DNA of 64,000 bases from a virus, in IMG/VR virus record IMGVR_UViG_3300021963_000113, positions 3,835 to 67,834 of that record; one strand, written 5' to 3'. Position 1 is the stretch's first letter. Each line of letters opens with the position of its first letter. Below are positions 36,084 through 45,473 of the stretch, one piece after another. Below the pieces are notes generated by a model. It was not told the origin of the DNA. It was given only the letters and a program-made list of their open reading frames with translations, and did not search any database. The position numbers and the translations under genes are program-made.

Positions 36084-36374
36084 TTATTCTCTCACTCTAA
36101 CTCTCCACATTTCAACTACTTCATCAAAGACACCACCCATACAAGTCTCCATCCAACCTGCATGGTCTGGATGATAGAAGGCAACTTTTGCCAATTCTTT
36201 TTCACTATCAACTTCAAGGATTGCACAGGGAATCCAACCCCTATCAACAGAAATCAAAACCTCGTATGGAAATCTGATTCTGTTTCGTTGTTCTTCGGAA
36301 ATTTTTACTTCATCTGAAGTTGCTTCTTCAAATTTCTGATGCAACTCTGAAATATCTGGTTGTTTATTCTTCAT
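36084..36374 (-). CDS. Hypothetical protein
   Basis: Tightly packed in the operon. Confidence 0.65.
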   Translation of the reverse strand: MKNKQPDISELHQKFEEATSDEVKISEEQRNRIRFPYEVLISVDRGWIPCAILEVDSEKELAKVAFYHPDHAGWMETCMGGVFDEVVEMWRVRVRE

Positions 36375-37008
36375 TGGTCCACCCTAATGCTTCAGATACT
36401 GTGGGGAATTGTTGTTTAAATACTTCACGACATGCTTCAGCGATTTGCATATGTTCTTTCTGAGTGCCATGTGCAGAGCGCAAATCAATATAATGAATCC
36501 ATGACCTGCATGAACCAGTCATATAGATTTTTGTTTTGGTTGCTAGAGGAAGCACAAACCTTGCACACTCTTTGGCAACTCCATGCTCTAGGAGGCGCTT
36601 GTAGAGATTGTTTGCTGCCATGAAGTGCTCTTGAATCTGAGTCTCTAGAGTAAGCTTCAGGTATCCTTCAAGGTCATCAGTAGAATTCTGACGATTCTTT
36701 TCATCTTGGCGACGCAACTCTGGCACAGGAATGTCAGATGCTAGAAGGTTAGCATCAGCATAGCGTTGAGAAAACTCTTGAAATGTAAATGAACGGTGGC
36801 GCAAAATCTGCGCCGCGATACCACGAGAGGTTTCAATCTCAAGTGTCATATGAGATTGCTCAAACACAGACCAATGATTATGCTTAATGCAATAACGCAA
36901 TAGCCCTGCATAGTTTTCGTTATCTTGGTTACTAGGATTAGACACTCTAGCAACATACGCCATTGTCTTTTCTGCATCGGGAGTTACGGAAACAAGTTCA
37001 ACCTTCAT
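36364..37008 (-). CDS. thyX: Flavin-dependent thymidylate synthase
   Basis: ARVS, HWSVFE, QILRHRSFTFQEFSQRY, ECARFVLP and TQKEH motifs. Confidence 0.96.
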   Translation of the reverse strand: MKVELVSVTPDAEKTMAYVARVSNPSNQDNENYAGLLRYCIKHNHWSVFEQSHMTLEIETSRGIAAQILRHRSFTFQEFSQRYADANLLASDIPVPELRRQDEKNRQNSTDDLEGYLKLTLETQIQEHFMAANNLYKRLLEHGVAKECARFVLPLATKTKIYMTGSCRSWIHYIDLRSAHGTQKEHMQIAEACREVFKQQFPTVSEALGWTNEE

Positions 37009-37372
37009 TATTTTCTTCACCTAGACGACGGATTTCGGACAGATTGCTACGAAGATACTTCTTATACTTCTTAATAATTTTATTAATCTCTTGTTGTTTG
37101 AGAGTAATTTTTCCTGTTGGTTCTAGAGAATCATCAAACCCTTTTGTGTCTTCATTTTTATAATCTTGTTGCCACTCGCTAGGAAATGAAGGAAGGTTTT
37201 CCAATTCCTTTCTTCGCTCTTCAATTTGTTGTAAACCTTCTTCACTTGCATCATCAATAAAAGTAGGGTCTGGAATATTCATTCCCTCTTCATTTATTTT
37301 TTCTTCAGGCACATCACGATTAGTAAATTCTATGACATGCTGAGCTTGCACATCTACAATTTCGTCAGACAT
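36998..37372 (-). CDS. Hypothetical acidic protein
   Basis: ORF with a GAGGT RBS. Confidence 0.65.
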   Translation of the reverse strand: MSDEIVDVQAQHVIEFTNRDVPEEKINEEGMNIPDPTFIDDASEEGLQQIEERRKELENLPSFPSEWQQDYKNEDTKGFDDSLEPTGKITLKQQEINKIIKKYKKYLRSNLSEIRRLGEENNEG

Positions 37373-37418
37373 TTTCTTACCTCAACTCATATTAGTTTAA
37401 CAAAAATTTTTGTGATTG

Positions 37419-37814
37419 TCAAATCAAAGAAATGGATACCGTAATTGTCACCGTATCACCAGGGGTTGCAATCGTAAATGGACCAGAATTAAATCTTTCT
37501 GCCGCAATTACTTTTCCTGAATTTTTTCCCACTAGATAATATCCATAAATTTGACCGACAAATGTTTGGAAAGAAAAGAATAATGGATTGGTAGTAGCAG
37601 TACCAGCATTAATAGACCAATTAGATGGAGTCAAAGTTTTAGATTGATATCCACCAACATCTTGCACTTCAACAAAAGTATCAGCAGCACTAACAAGTGT
37701 TGGTGTTACATTATTTGTGTACAATTTAAGAATTAATTCTTCAGTTTGAGTATTAACACCAACAAAGTTTTTTAAAATATTATCATTGCCAGTATTAGTA
37801 ATTTGAATTGGCAC
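37419..37814 (-). CDS. Hypothetical beta-rich protein, possibly structural
   Basis: GTG start after GGAGGT; LKLYTNN.TP and YGYY motifs. Confidence 0.65.
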   Translation of the reverse strand: MPIQITNTGNDNILKNFVGVNTQTEELILKLYTNNVTPTLVSAADTFVEVQDVGGYQSKTLTPSNWSINAGTATTNPLFFSFQTFVGQIYGYYLVGKNSGKVIAAERFNSGPFTIATPGDTVTITVSISLI

Positions 37815-37816
37815 AA

Positions 37817-38071
37817 TTACCTCCTTTTCTTTTCTTCTTTTGGTTTATTTCCCCATAGTTTTGGGTTGACTCTACCTTCAGATTGTTTCCAACCTTTCAG
37901 ACCTTCTCTATATCTATCCCAGTAGTAATCAAAAATTTCTACTTGTTTGTCTGGGATAACTAAATCATATGCAAGTGCTCCATCGATTTCATAAGTAACT
38001 AAGTAAGCATTGTAGGGTAGCTCTCTATCATTTGCTACCGCTGGGTCACAGTTTTGATGGAGAATTCGCAT
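37817..38071 (-). CDS. Cyanophage hypothetical protein
   Basis: Operon packing; G..NPKLW motif. Confidence 0.7.
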   Translation of the reverse strand: MRILHQNCDPAVANDRELPYNAYLVTYEIDGALAYDLVIPDKQVEIFDYYWDRYREGLKGWKQSEGRVNPKLWGNKPKEEKKRR

Positions 38072-38505
38072 CAGCTACGACCTCCCCATTGAATGTTAGG
38101 GAATGTTTCTTGAATCAAAGTCTTTGAAATACGAGTGTATTTTTTCTGCAAAGACTTATCTTTTACTAGACAAAGAATCTCTGCCTCTTCGGCATGGAGA
38201 GTTTCAAGAAGTCCGATAAAGATTTCCTCGCGCTTCATGTTACTAACATTCATACCACCCTTTACAAAGTAAGCAAACTTACGCTGCTCATTTTCAAGAT
38301 AGGTGTGGTCAAGACCTTTCGCAGCAGGATTCTTACGATAAGGCACATCACCTTCTGGAAGAAGTGTAACTACACTCTCATCATAATTCCAAATGAAAAG
38401 ACTACGAAGAGCTTGTGAATTATTCTCTTGTAGAATTTTACTTTTTTCTGCCTTGGTCTTTGCGTTGTTTACTTTCTGTAGAATTTCTGAAATTAAAAGT
38501 TTCAT
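38071..38505 (-). CDS. Conserved T4-like hypothetical protein
   Basis: LISEIL..V, LPEGDVPY, KRE..FI.LLE.LH..EA motifs; follows rnh. Confidence 0.8.
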   Translation of the reverse strand: MKLLISEILQKVNNAKTKAEKSKILQENNSQALRSLFIWNYDESVVTLLPEGDVPYRKNPAAKGLDHTYLENEQRKFAYFVKGGMNVSNMKREEIFIGLLETLHAEEAEILCLVKDKSLQKKYTRISKTLIQETFPNIQWGGRS

Positions 38506-38506
38506 A

Positions 38507-39409
38507 TCAGTTATTATTAAAGGTCAGTGTATTCTTGCGGAAATAATATTCCTGCATCAAATCATTGAGTTGGTGCTCCTTAAAATATTCAAGAGGCACT
38601 TGCTTCTCTTGATTATTTAGTGACAGATATTCATCGATGATTTTATTTTCAATGTCACTAGGAATACATGTGAGGTCAATTAGATTTCTATTTCTTTCAT
38701 AGTTGTCCATCAACTCTTTTGTATTACAGAAAACAGATGGGTCTAACTTAACCCACTTTTCTAAGTTTTTCTTACTTATAGGCTTCTGTCTTTTATTCAC
38801 CACAAATGTGTCGTCGTCAGATAAGAAATTAGGTATGCCATCTGACTTATCTCCCTTAATGATATGTTCGAGAATGTATGTCTTGGGGTCTTCATGTTTA
38901 ATTTCTTTCTTCAAGATAGGATTGAATTGTTTTACAAACGGATACCGTTGTAACTGAATAAAATCTTTGTCCCCAGATAGAATCAAAACTTTCTTAAGAG
39001 GTTGCCCTGCCTTATGAAGTTTGATATTCTCTTTCGCTTGATGCTTCACTAGTGAAGAGATAACATCATCTGCTTCTGCACCATATACTTCAACTACTTT
39101 GTAGGGAAAGTATTGTTTAATCTCATCCCTAATCTTATTCAGGACTTCAAAGATAGCATTCCAATCTAACTCGGATGCTTCGCGGTCTTTCTTTCTATTC
39201 TGTTTGTAATGGGGAAAGGCAGACTTACGCCAGTAATGTTTGCTGTCATATGCTAAGACCATTTCCCCATACTGATCTTTGTATTGTCTCTCGTAAGAGC
39301 GCAACCCAGTAAGCACCATATGCCTAACTAGATTCTCATTCAATACACTCATCTTCAACTGCATCATCAGATTACTAATCATAATCTGATTCATATCAAT
39401 TAGAATCAT
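38507..39409 (-). CDS. rnh: T4-like RNase H / 5'-3' exonuclease
   Basis: ILID.NQ, YWRK..FP.YK, EADD, SGDKDF.QL and GD.SDGIPN motifs. Confidence 0.95.
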   Translation of the reverse strand: MILIDMNQIMISNLMMQLKMSVLNENLVRHMVLTGLRSYERQYKDQYGEMVLAYDSKHYWRKSAFPHYKQNRKKDREASELDWNAIFEVLNKIRDEIKQYFPYKVVEVYGAEADDVISSLVKHQAKENIKLHKAGQPLKKVLILSGDKDFIQLQRYPFVKQFNPILKKEIKHEDPKTYILEHIIKGDKSDGIPNFLSDDDTFVVNKRQKPISKKNLEKWVKLDPSVFCNTKELMDNYERNRNLIDLTCIPSDIENKIIDEYLSLNNQEKQVPLEYFKEHQLNDLMQEYYFRKNTLTFNNN

Positions 39410-39676
39410 TTAATCCTCGTCGTCATACTCCTCTTCATCTACAAATGTGACTCGTAACAAGTCATCTCTATACATTTCACCATTCTCATCAAACATTTCT
39501 GGATGTAAAATGTGCTTGGCATAACCAGCATTCTCATACCACATATCAAAGATGTCTTTGAGATTCCATACTAACACACCACCTAGGATAAAGGCACCCA
39601 CAGTGAGGAAAAAAGCAATGAACAAAAATGGTGCTGTTGCTTCCATGAGTCTACTCCCTTGAATTGATTCTGTCAA
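39410..39676 (-). CDS. Hypothetical membrane protein
   Basis: One TM segment; HPEMFDENG motif. Confidence 0.7.
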   Translation of the reverse strand: MTESIQGSRLMEATAPFLFIAFFLTVGAFILGGVLVWNLKDIFDMWYENAGYAKHILHPEMFDENGEMYRDDLLRVTFVDEEEYDDED

Positions 39677-39800
39677 TCCTCAGAGACTTTCCAGTGTTAT
39701 CCTGAATGTCTTACGGAGGATTGTAAACGTTTTACTAAACATAATACCAGACTGATCTGGTGGATTTGTCTCCTTCCTCCGAAGCATTAACTCCACACCT

Positions 39801-40187
39801 CTATTTATTTGTAACTGCTGATTGTTTCTTTTTATTTTTACTTCCTGGTTTTCTCCCAGGTCTTTTTTCGGTTTCATATTTTTCAGCATCTTCAATTATT
39901 TTCATGAGATATTCTTTATATTTTCTGGCTCTTGGTTTGCCCATCCACCCATAAACTTCCCTGAGGTCAGCAACATCTGGACCGCCATCGAGATACAAAT
40001 CCAGATGAGAAATTTCGTCTCTCATCTGAGAAACCAATGAGCTATCAAGAAAAGATTTAATTTCATGCCTCTTAATATTTTCACCCTTGAGAAAGGAATA
40101 AAAATTCAATTGGTATTTTTCTGTGGTAACAGCAGAGTCAATTGCCGTGTTAACAATGTTATAAATCTCGTCGCTGTTTGTTTTCAT
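39801..40187 (-). CDS. Cyanophage hypothetical protein
   Basis: LREVYG..GKPRARK; basic tail. Confidence 0.7.
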   Translation of the reverse strand: MKTNSDEIYNIVNTAIDSAVTTEKYQLNFYSFLKGENIKRHEIKSFLDSSLVSQMRDEISHLDLYLDGGPDVADLREVYGWMGKPRARKYKEYLMKIIEDAEKYETEKRPGRKPGSKNKKKQSAVTNK

Positions 40188-40188
40188 T

Positions 40189-40443
40189 TTATTTCTTCGG
40201 CGGTTCTACGAGTCCTTTTTCTAGAAAGAGTTTTGCTGTCTCCACTAGTCCACCAATTTCTTTACCGTCGATGACAACATGCGGATAACCAGATGCCATA
40301 GGAAACTTAGTCCTAAATTCTTCTGCAGAAATATCTCTATTGATAGAAATCTCTGTGTAAGAAACAGATGCTCTCTTGAAAAGTTGTTTCAAGGTCGTGC
40401 AATAAGAGCATCCAGTATTTGTATATGCTACTACTTCCATCAT
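40189..40443 (-). CDS. nrdC: Glutaredoxin
   Basis: CSYC, YP.V and IGG motifs. Confidence 0.85.
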   Translation of the reverse strand: MMEVVAYTNTGCSYCTTLKQLFKRASVSYTEISINRDISAEEFRTKFPMASGYPHVVIDGKEIGGLVETAKLFLEKGLVEPPKK

Positions 40444-40793
40444 ATTCCTCTATAAACAATAGTAAAAATTGGTTGCTTTGATTCTAGCGCATCCGCCATG
40501 AATCTGCAAGCAACGTCTGGGTTGGTATGATCACCACAAGTAAAGATATCAACAGCAGCGTAACCCTTCTCTGGCCACGTATGAATGCTGATGTGACTTT
40601 CTGATAGCAGGCAGACAGCAGTGATTCCCTGTGGCGTGAATTCGTATTTAACTTCTTCAATCAGTGTTGCGTTAGCATGTTCTACTGCCTGCCTAAGGGA
40701 AGTGCTAATAAAATTAGAATCATTCAAAAGATCTGCATTACACTCACACAACTCAGCGATGTGATGCACACCAAGCACTTCATTAACCATCAA
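40440..40793 (-). CDS. speD: S-adenosylmethionine decarboxylase proenzyme
   Basis: F.PQG.T...LLSESHISIHTWPE.GYAAVDIFTCG. Confidence 0.93.
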   Translation of the reverse strand: MMVNEVLGVHHIAELCECNADLLNDSNFISTSLRQAVEHANATLIEEVKYEFTPQGITAVCLLSESHISIHTWPEKGYAAVDIFTCGDHTNPDVACRFMADALESKQPIFTIVYRGI

Positions 40794-40826
40794 TGTATCT
40801 CCAATGTCGTTGAGTATTTATCCCAA

Positions 40827-40851
40827 TAAAAAAGGGAGGGTCTCCCCTCCC
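40827..40851 (-). terminator. Terminator after psbA
   Basis: GGGAGGG-GAGA-CCCTCCC-TTTTTT on the minus strand. Confidence 0.85.
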
Positions 40852-40876
40852 AGTGTATCAGGTTTTACCCAGAGTG

Positions 40877-41956
40877 TCAACCGATTGCAGGTGCGGTGAG
40901 AGCAACAGGAGTTGCACTAGCAGCAGCAAGGTCAAGAGGGAAGTTGTGAGCGTTGCGCTCGTGCATCACTTCCATGCCCAGACCAGCACGGTTGAGGATG
41001 TCTGCCCAAGTGTTAATCACATGACCTTGACTATCCTGGATGGACTGGTTGAAGTTGAAACCGTTGAGGTTGAATGCCATGGTGCTAACACCAAGAGCAG
41101 TGAACCAGATACCAACCACAGGCCAAGCAGCAAGGAAGAAGTGCAGCGAGCGTGAGTTATTAAACGATGCGTACTGGAAGATCAGACGACCGAAGTAACC
41201 ATGAGCAGCTACAATGTTGTAGGTCTCTTCTTCTTGTCCGAACTTGTATCCGTAGTTTTGTGATTCGTTTTCAGTCGTCTCACGAACGAGTGAGCTTGTG
41301 ACCAAAGATCCATGCATAGCAGAGAAAAGAGAACCGCCAAATACACCAGCCACCCCAAGCATATGGAAGGGGTGCATGAGGATGTTATGCTCCGCCTGGA
41401 AAACAAGCATGTAGTTAAATGTTCCACTAATGCCGAGCGGCATAGCATCAGAGAAGGAACCTTGTCCAAAGGGATACACGAGGAAAACTGCAGAAGCAGC
41501 AGCAACGGGTGCGCTGTAGGCAACACAAATCCAAGGACGCATACCAAGTCGGTAAGAAAGTTCCCATTCGCGTCCCATGTAAGCATAGATGCCAATCAGA
41601 AAGTGAAAGACGACCAGTTGGAAAGGTCCACCATTATATAGCCACTCATCGAGAGAAGCAGCTTCCCAAATGGGGTAGAAGTGCAGTCCAATAGCGTTGG
41701 ACGATGGGACAACAGCACCAGAGATGATGTTGTTTCCATACATGAGTGAACCAGCAACGGGTTCACGGATACCATCAATGTCCACAGGAGGAGCAGCGAT
41801 GAAAGCAACAATGAAACAGATAGTAGCAGCGAGAAGGGTAGGAATCATTAGAGTTCCAAACCAACCGACATAGAGACGGTTATCAGTAGAAGTGATCCAC
41901 TCACAGAACTGTTGCCAAGTATTTGATTGTCGTTGTTGTGAAAGTGTAGCAGTCAT
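40877..41956 (-). CDS. psbA: Photosystem II D1 protein, intron-free, with Glu at the position-130 equivalent
   Basis: Full D1 sequence from NRLYVGWFG to HNFPLDLA. Confidence 0.99.
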   Translation of the reverse strand: MTATLSQQRQSNTWQQFCEWITSTDNRLYVGWFGTLMIPTLLAATICFIVAFIAAPPVDIDGIREPVAGSLMYGNNIISGAVVPSSNAIGLHFYPIWEAASLDEWLYNGGPFQLVVFHFLIGIYAYMGREWELSYRLGMRPWICVAYSAPVAAASAVFLVYPFGQGSFSDAMPLGISGTFNYMLVFQAEHNILMHPFHMLGVAGVFGGSLFSAMHGSLVTSSLVRETTENESQNYGYKFGQEEETYNIVAAHGYFGRLIFQYASFNNSRSLHFFLAAWPVVGIWFTALGVSTMAFNLNGFNFNQSIQDSQGHVINTWADILNRAGLGMEVMHERNAHNFPLDLAAASATPVALTAPAIG

Positions 41957-41969
41957 TTTTTAAAAGAAT

Positions 41970-42075
41970 AGTAGGACCATCAGGGAAATGGTGGTGATAC
42001 TATGCTCCCCGCACCCTAAGCGGGGATATGAGAGACGTAATTTATACACCCATAGGTCTCGGTTAACGGGTGTTA
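41970..42075 (-). ncRNA. PhotoRC-II-like RNA motif in the psbA leader
   Basis: GAGAC..GTCTC, CCCCGC-TTAGGGT-GCGGGG and ACCAT..ATGGT stems directly upstream of psbA. Family assigned from recall. Confidence 0.7.
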
Positions 42076-42115
42076 CAAAAGATTAGAAATGTTTACATTT
42101 CTTAACCAGTTGACT

Positions 42116-42149
42116 TATTTATAATAGCATGGGATTCCACACCTGTCAA
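42116..42149 (-). promoter_or_regulatory. Composite early and late promoter of psbA
   Basis: TTGACA-N17-TATTAT overlapping TATAAATA (42116-42123). Confidence 0.8.
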
Positions 42150-42168
42150 GCCCCTCTCCCATCCGATT

Positions 42169-42176
42169 TATAAATA
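42169..42176 (+). promoter_or_regulatory. Late promoter of the fibre/protease cassette
   Basis: TATAAATA about 30 nt upstream of the ATG at 42207. Confidence 0.8.
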
Positions 42177-42206
42177 ACATAAATAGAAAACTTTTGCGTT
42201 CGTGTA

Positions 42207-45200
42207 ATGGCAAACCGCTTCCCTTTGATTGTCAATCCAGACACTAAAGAAATTCAAGAATTAAAACTAAACGATAATCTAGATTTAACTGGCAACGGAA
42301 TATATGCTGGTGGATCTATTGGCAACAACGGTCAAGTATTAACTAGCAACGGCACAACTGTTGAGTGGAGGACAGTCACTGGAGGTGGCGGAGGTGGCGG
42401 AGGTTTAGACCTCAACACTACTTATATTATTGAAACCGAAGAGCAAGCAGATGGTGCTAATTTAAACTTAGTTGCTGGTGGCACTGGTGTTGGCACTATA
42501 CGAGTTAAGTTTTTAGATAATGCTCAACTTAAATTCGATTCTCCAAATAATTTAACCATTGCGCCATCCATAAAACCAGCAAGTATTACTAATAGTTTAC
42601 TTGCCAATTCATCTTTTAGTGTAACTGTAGATGGAGTAACTCAATCAGTTTCTTTAGGCGGAAGTTTTGCTATCCCAATCTACGGAGATGTATATAGAAC
42701 CGCAGCACAAACAATAACTAATAAAACTTTTAGTAATTGTTTGCTATCTGGTGCTATCAATACATTTTCTAGTATTCCAAATAGTGCTTTATTAAACAAC
42801 AGTATTACAATTAACAATACTGTTGTTCCCCTTGGTGGAAGTATAAACATCGCTGGTGGAGGAGGAGGAGGTGTAGATACCAATACCACGTACAGTTTAT
42901 CTGCTATTGATTGGAGTGAGAACGGAGTAAATAACCCCAACAAAAAAGCAATTCGTTTAACTGGTAGCGATGCTGCTACAACTAATGCTGTGCTAGTTGC
43001 TGGCAGTAGAATTTCATTAAGTAGAAACGGAAATGAAATTACAATTACTGGCACTGAAATAAACACAGATACAGATACTACCTATAGTGTAAATACAGAT
43101 AGTTTAATTGTTAATAATTCCTCCGTGGGAGCAAGATTAAATTTAGTTGGAGGTGGCACTGGATCTGGTAATGGCACAACAGATAGAATTAACTTCAGAA
43201 GTGGAACTGGAGTAACGATATCTTCATCTACTGCCGATGATATATCAGTTTCAATTGGTCAAAACGTTGCAACCACAGCAAACGTAACTTTTAATGATTT
43301 AACATTAACTGGAAATTTGAATGTATCTGGTGCGCTAACTTATGTAAACACCACCAATTTAGTAGTAACAGATAAAACTATCACTATCGCAGATGGTGTT
43401 ACAAATTCAGTCTTGGCAAATGGGTCAGGTATTCTATTAGGCACTTCAAATATTAATTTAACTTATAGTCACGATGCTCAGTCATGGGAATCTACATCAA
43501 ACCTAAATCTAGTACCAACCAAAGTTTATAAAATTGGTAACACTACTGTATTATCATCTACTCAAGTACTAGGAAAATCAATGCCAACTGGCAATATTGT
43601 TGGTACAATTGATACACAAACTTTATCTAATAAAACTTTAGTAAATCCTGTAATATCATCAGTTATTAATACTGGCACAGTATATTTCCCTGCTCCTAAT
43701 ATTGCCGATACTCTAGTTGGTAGAAATACTTCGGACATTTTAACCAATAAAGTAATTAATGGAAATAATAATACCATTTCAAATATTGGAAATTCTTCAT
43801 TAGCAAATAGCAGTATTGTAATTAATGGAAATACAGTTGCCCTAGGAGGCAGTATTACAGTAGTTGCACAAGATCCATATAGCGATGAAAAAGCTCAAGA
43901 TGCTGTAGCAGGAAGCTTTACCAATGGAGTTCACAGTGGTATTAATTTCACTTATGATGATACTACTGGTAGAATCAACGCTAATGTAACCAACACTTTC
44001 GTATACCCAAATATTTCTGATTTCCCATCCGCTCTAACAAACGAGGGTGGCATTGCATATTCAGAAAATGACGGTGCTTTATATTATTCAAATGGCGTAA
44101 GCTGGACGAGTCAAAGAGTAGTAACAACAAATAGTTCAACATCATCCGATTTAGCAACTCTACTGAATAATTTTCAACTAACCTATTCGCTGTCCGCTGT
44201 AGATCAAGACTCAGAAAGAAAGAAAATAAGATTATCAGACTCGCAAGGAGTAACCAGTGAATTAGTTGTCAGAGCACACAATGGATTAAATATTTCAAGA
44301 TCTAATAATGAAATATCTCTAACTGGTACTACTTATGGTATTTCTGCAGAAAATGCAACTGGCACAAATGCAAATTTAAGATTAACACAAACGACTTCTG
44401 CTGGAACAACTAATGATGATGTGCTTTTAGTCGGCACAAATGGATTAACTATCACAAGAACCGATGCAAATACATTAACTTTCTCCATCCCATCTACTGC
44501 TTCAGAGACATATACAAATGAAGAAGCACAAGATGCAGCTGCTCAATTATTTTCAAATGGTACCCACACTGGTATCACATTTACCTACAATGATGTATCA
44601 AACAGTATCAATGCAACTGTTACAGGGGGTGGCGGCGCAGGCGGTGGCACATTATACGATCTAGTTGGTAGCAACACCACTAGCAACAACGCCATAATAA
44701 CTTTATCTGGTGCTGATAATACTGAAGATAGCATTGAATTTGTTGGAGGCGGCGGCACATCTGTTACTTGGGACGATTTAAATAACAGAATTACTCTTAG
44801 CAGCACTGCACCAGTGCAAGCAGATTGGAATGCTACATCTGGTCTAGCACAAATTCTCAACAAACCAACAATTCCACCAGCATACACGCTACCAACTGCG
44901 TCTGCTACCGTCCTTGGTGGAATTAAGGTTGGTGCTAATCTAACAATTAATCCTGTCACTGGAGTATTGGATGCTAACCCTGGATCATATACTCTGCCAA
45001 TTGCAAGTCCAACTACACTAGGTGGAATTAAAATTGGTGCTGGAATGTCAATCGACGCTAATGGAGTTGTTAGTGTTTCAGCTGCAGATGCACCAATTAT
45101 CCAAGACCTTTCTGGAACTTCTTCATTACTTAATATTAATTCAACTGGAGAAATAAATATTGTTGGATATAATGCTTACTCTTTATTCAAGATAACTACA

Positions 45201-45470
45201 GATGCAGAAGCATGGGTTAGAGTTTATGTAGATGATGCATCAAGAGATGCCGATTCCACTAGAAGTGAAGGCGTAGATCCAGCACCTGGAAGTGGAATTA
45301 TTGCTGAAGTAAGAACTTCGGGAGCAGAATCAATTTTAATCTCTCCTGGAGTTATGGGATTCAATAATGACAGTCCAAGAACCAGCACAATTTATGTTTC
45401 TGCAACAAACAGATCATCTTCCCCAACAACCATCACAGTAACTCTAACAGCGGTACAAATAGGAGCTTAA
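42207..45470 (+). CDS. Tail fibre-like protein (1087 aa)
   Basis: MANRFPLI N-terminus; repeats DTNTTYS, QTL.NKT, NS.L.NSSITIN and YTLP.AS..LGGIK.G. Confidence 0.75.
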   Translation: MANRFPLIVNPDTKEIQELKLNDNLDLTGNGIYAGGSIGNNGQVLTSNGTTVEWRTVTGGGGGGGGLDLNTTYIIETEEQADGANLNLVAGGTGVGTIRVKFLDNAQLKFDSPNNLTIAPSIKPASITNSLLANSSFSVTVDGVTQSVSLGGSFAIPIYGDVYRTAAQTITNKTFSNCLLSGAINTFSSIPNSALLNNSITINNTVVPLGGSINIAGGGGGGVDTNTTYSLSAIDWSENGVNNPNKKAIRLTGSDAATTNAVLVAGSRISLSRNGNEITITGTEINTDTDTTYSVNTDSLIVNNSSVGARLNLVGGGTGSGNGTTDRINFRSGTGVTISSSTADDISVSIGQNVATTANVTFNDLTLTGNLNVSGALTYVNTTNLVVTDKTITIADGVTNSVLANGSGILLGTSNINLTYSHDAQSWESTSNLNLVPTKVYKIGNTTVLSSTQVLGKSMPTGNIVGTIDTQTLSNKTLVNPVISSVINTGTVYFPAPNIADTLVGRNTSDILTNKVINGNNNTISNIGNSSLANSSIVINGNTVALGGSITVVAQDPYSDEKAQDAVAGSFTNGVHSGINFTYDDTTGRINANVTNTFVYPNISDFPSALTNEGGIAYSENDGALYYSNGVSWTSQRVVTTNSSTSSDLATLLNNFQLTYSLSAVDQDSERKKIRLSDSQGVTSELVVRAHNGLNISRSNNEISLTGTTYGISAENATGTNANLRLTQTTSAGTTNDDVLLVGTNGLTITRTDANTLTFSIPSTASETYTNEEAQDAAAQLFSNGTHTGITFTYNDVSNSINATVTGGGGAGGGTLYDLVGSNTTSNNAIITLSGADNTEDSIEFVGGGGTSVTWDDLNNRITLSSTAPVQADWNATSGLAQILNKPTIPPAYTLPTASATVLGGIKVGANLTINPVTGVLDANPGSYTLPIASPTTLGGIKIGAGMSIDANGVVSVSAADAPIIQDLSGTSSLLNINSTGEINIVGYNAYSLFKITTDAEAWVRVYVDDASRDADSTRSEGVDPAPGSGIIAEVRTSGAESILISPGVMGFNNDSPRTSTIYVSATNRSSSPTTITVTLTAVQIGA

Positions 45471-45473
45471 AAA

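Noticed and set aside
40877-41956. Intron or homing endonuclease in psbA, or an adjacent psbD
   Set aside because: The ORF is continuous and full length, and no psbD is present in the window.
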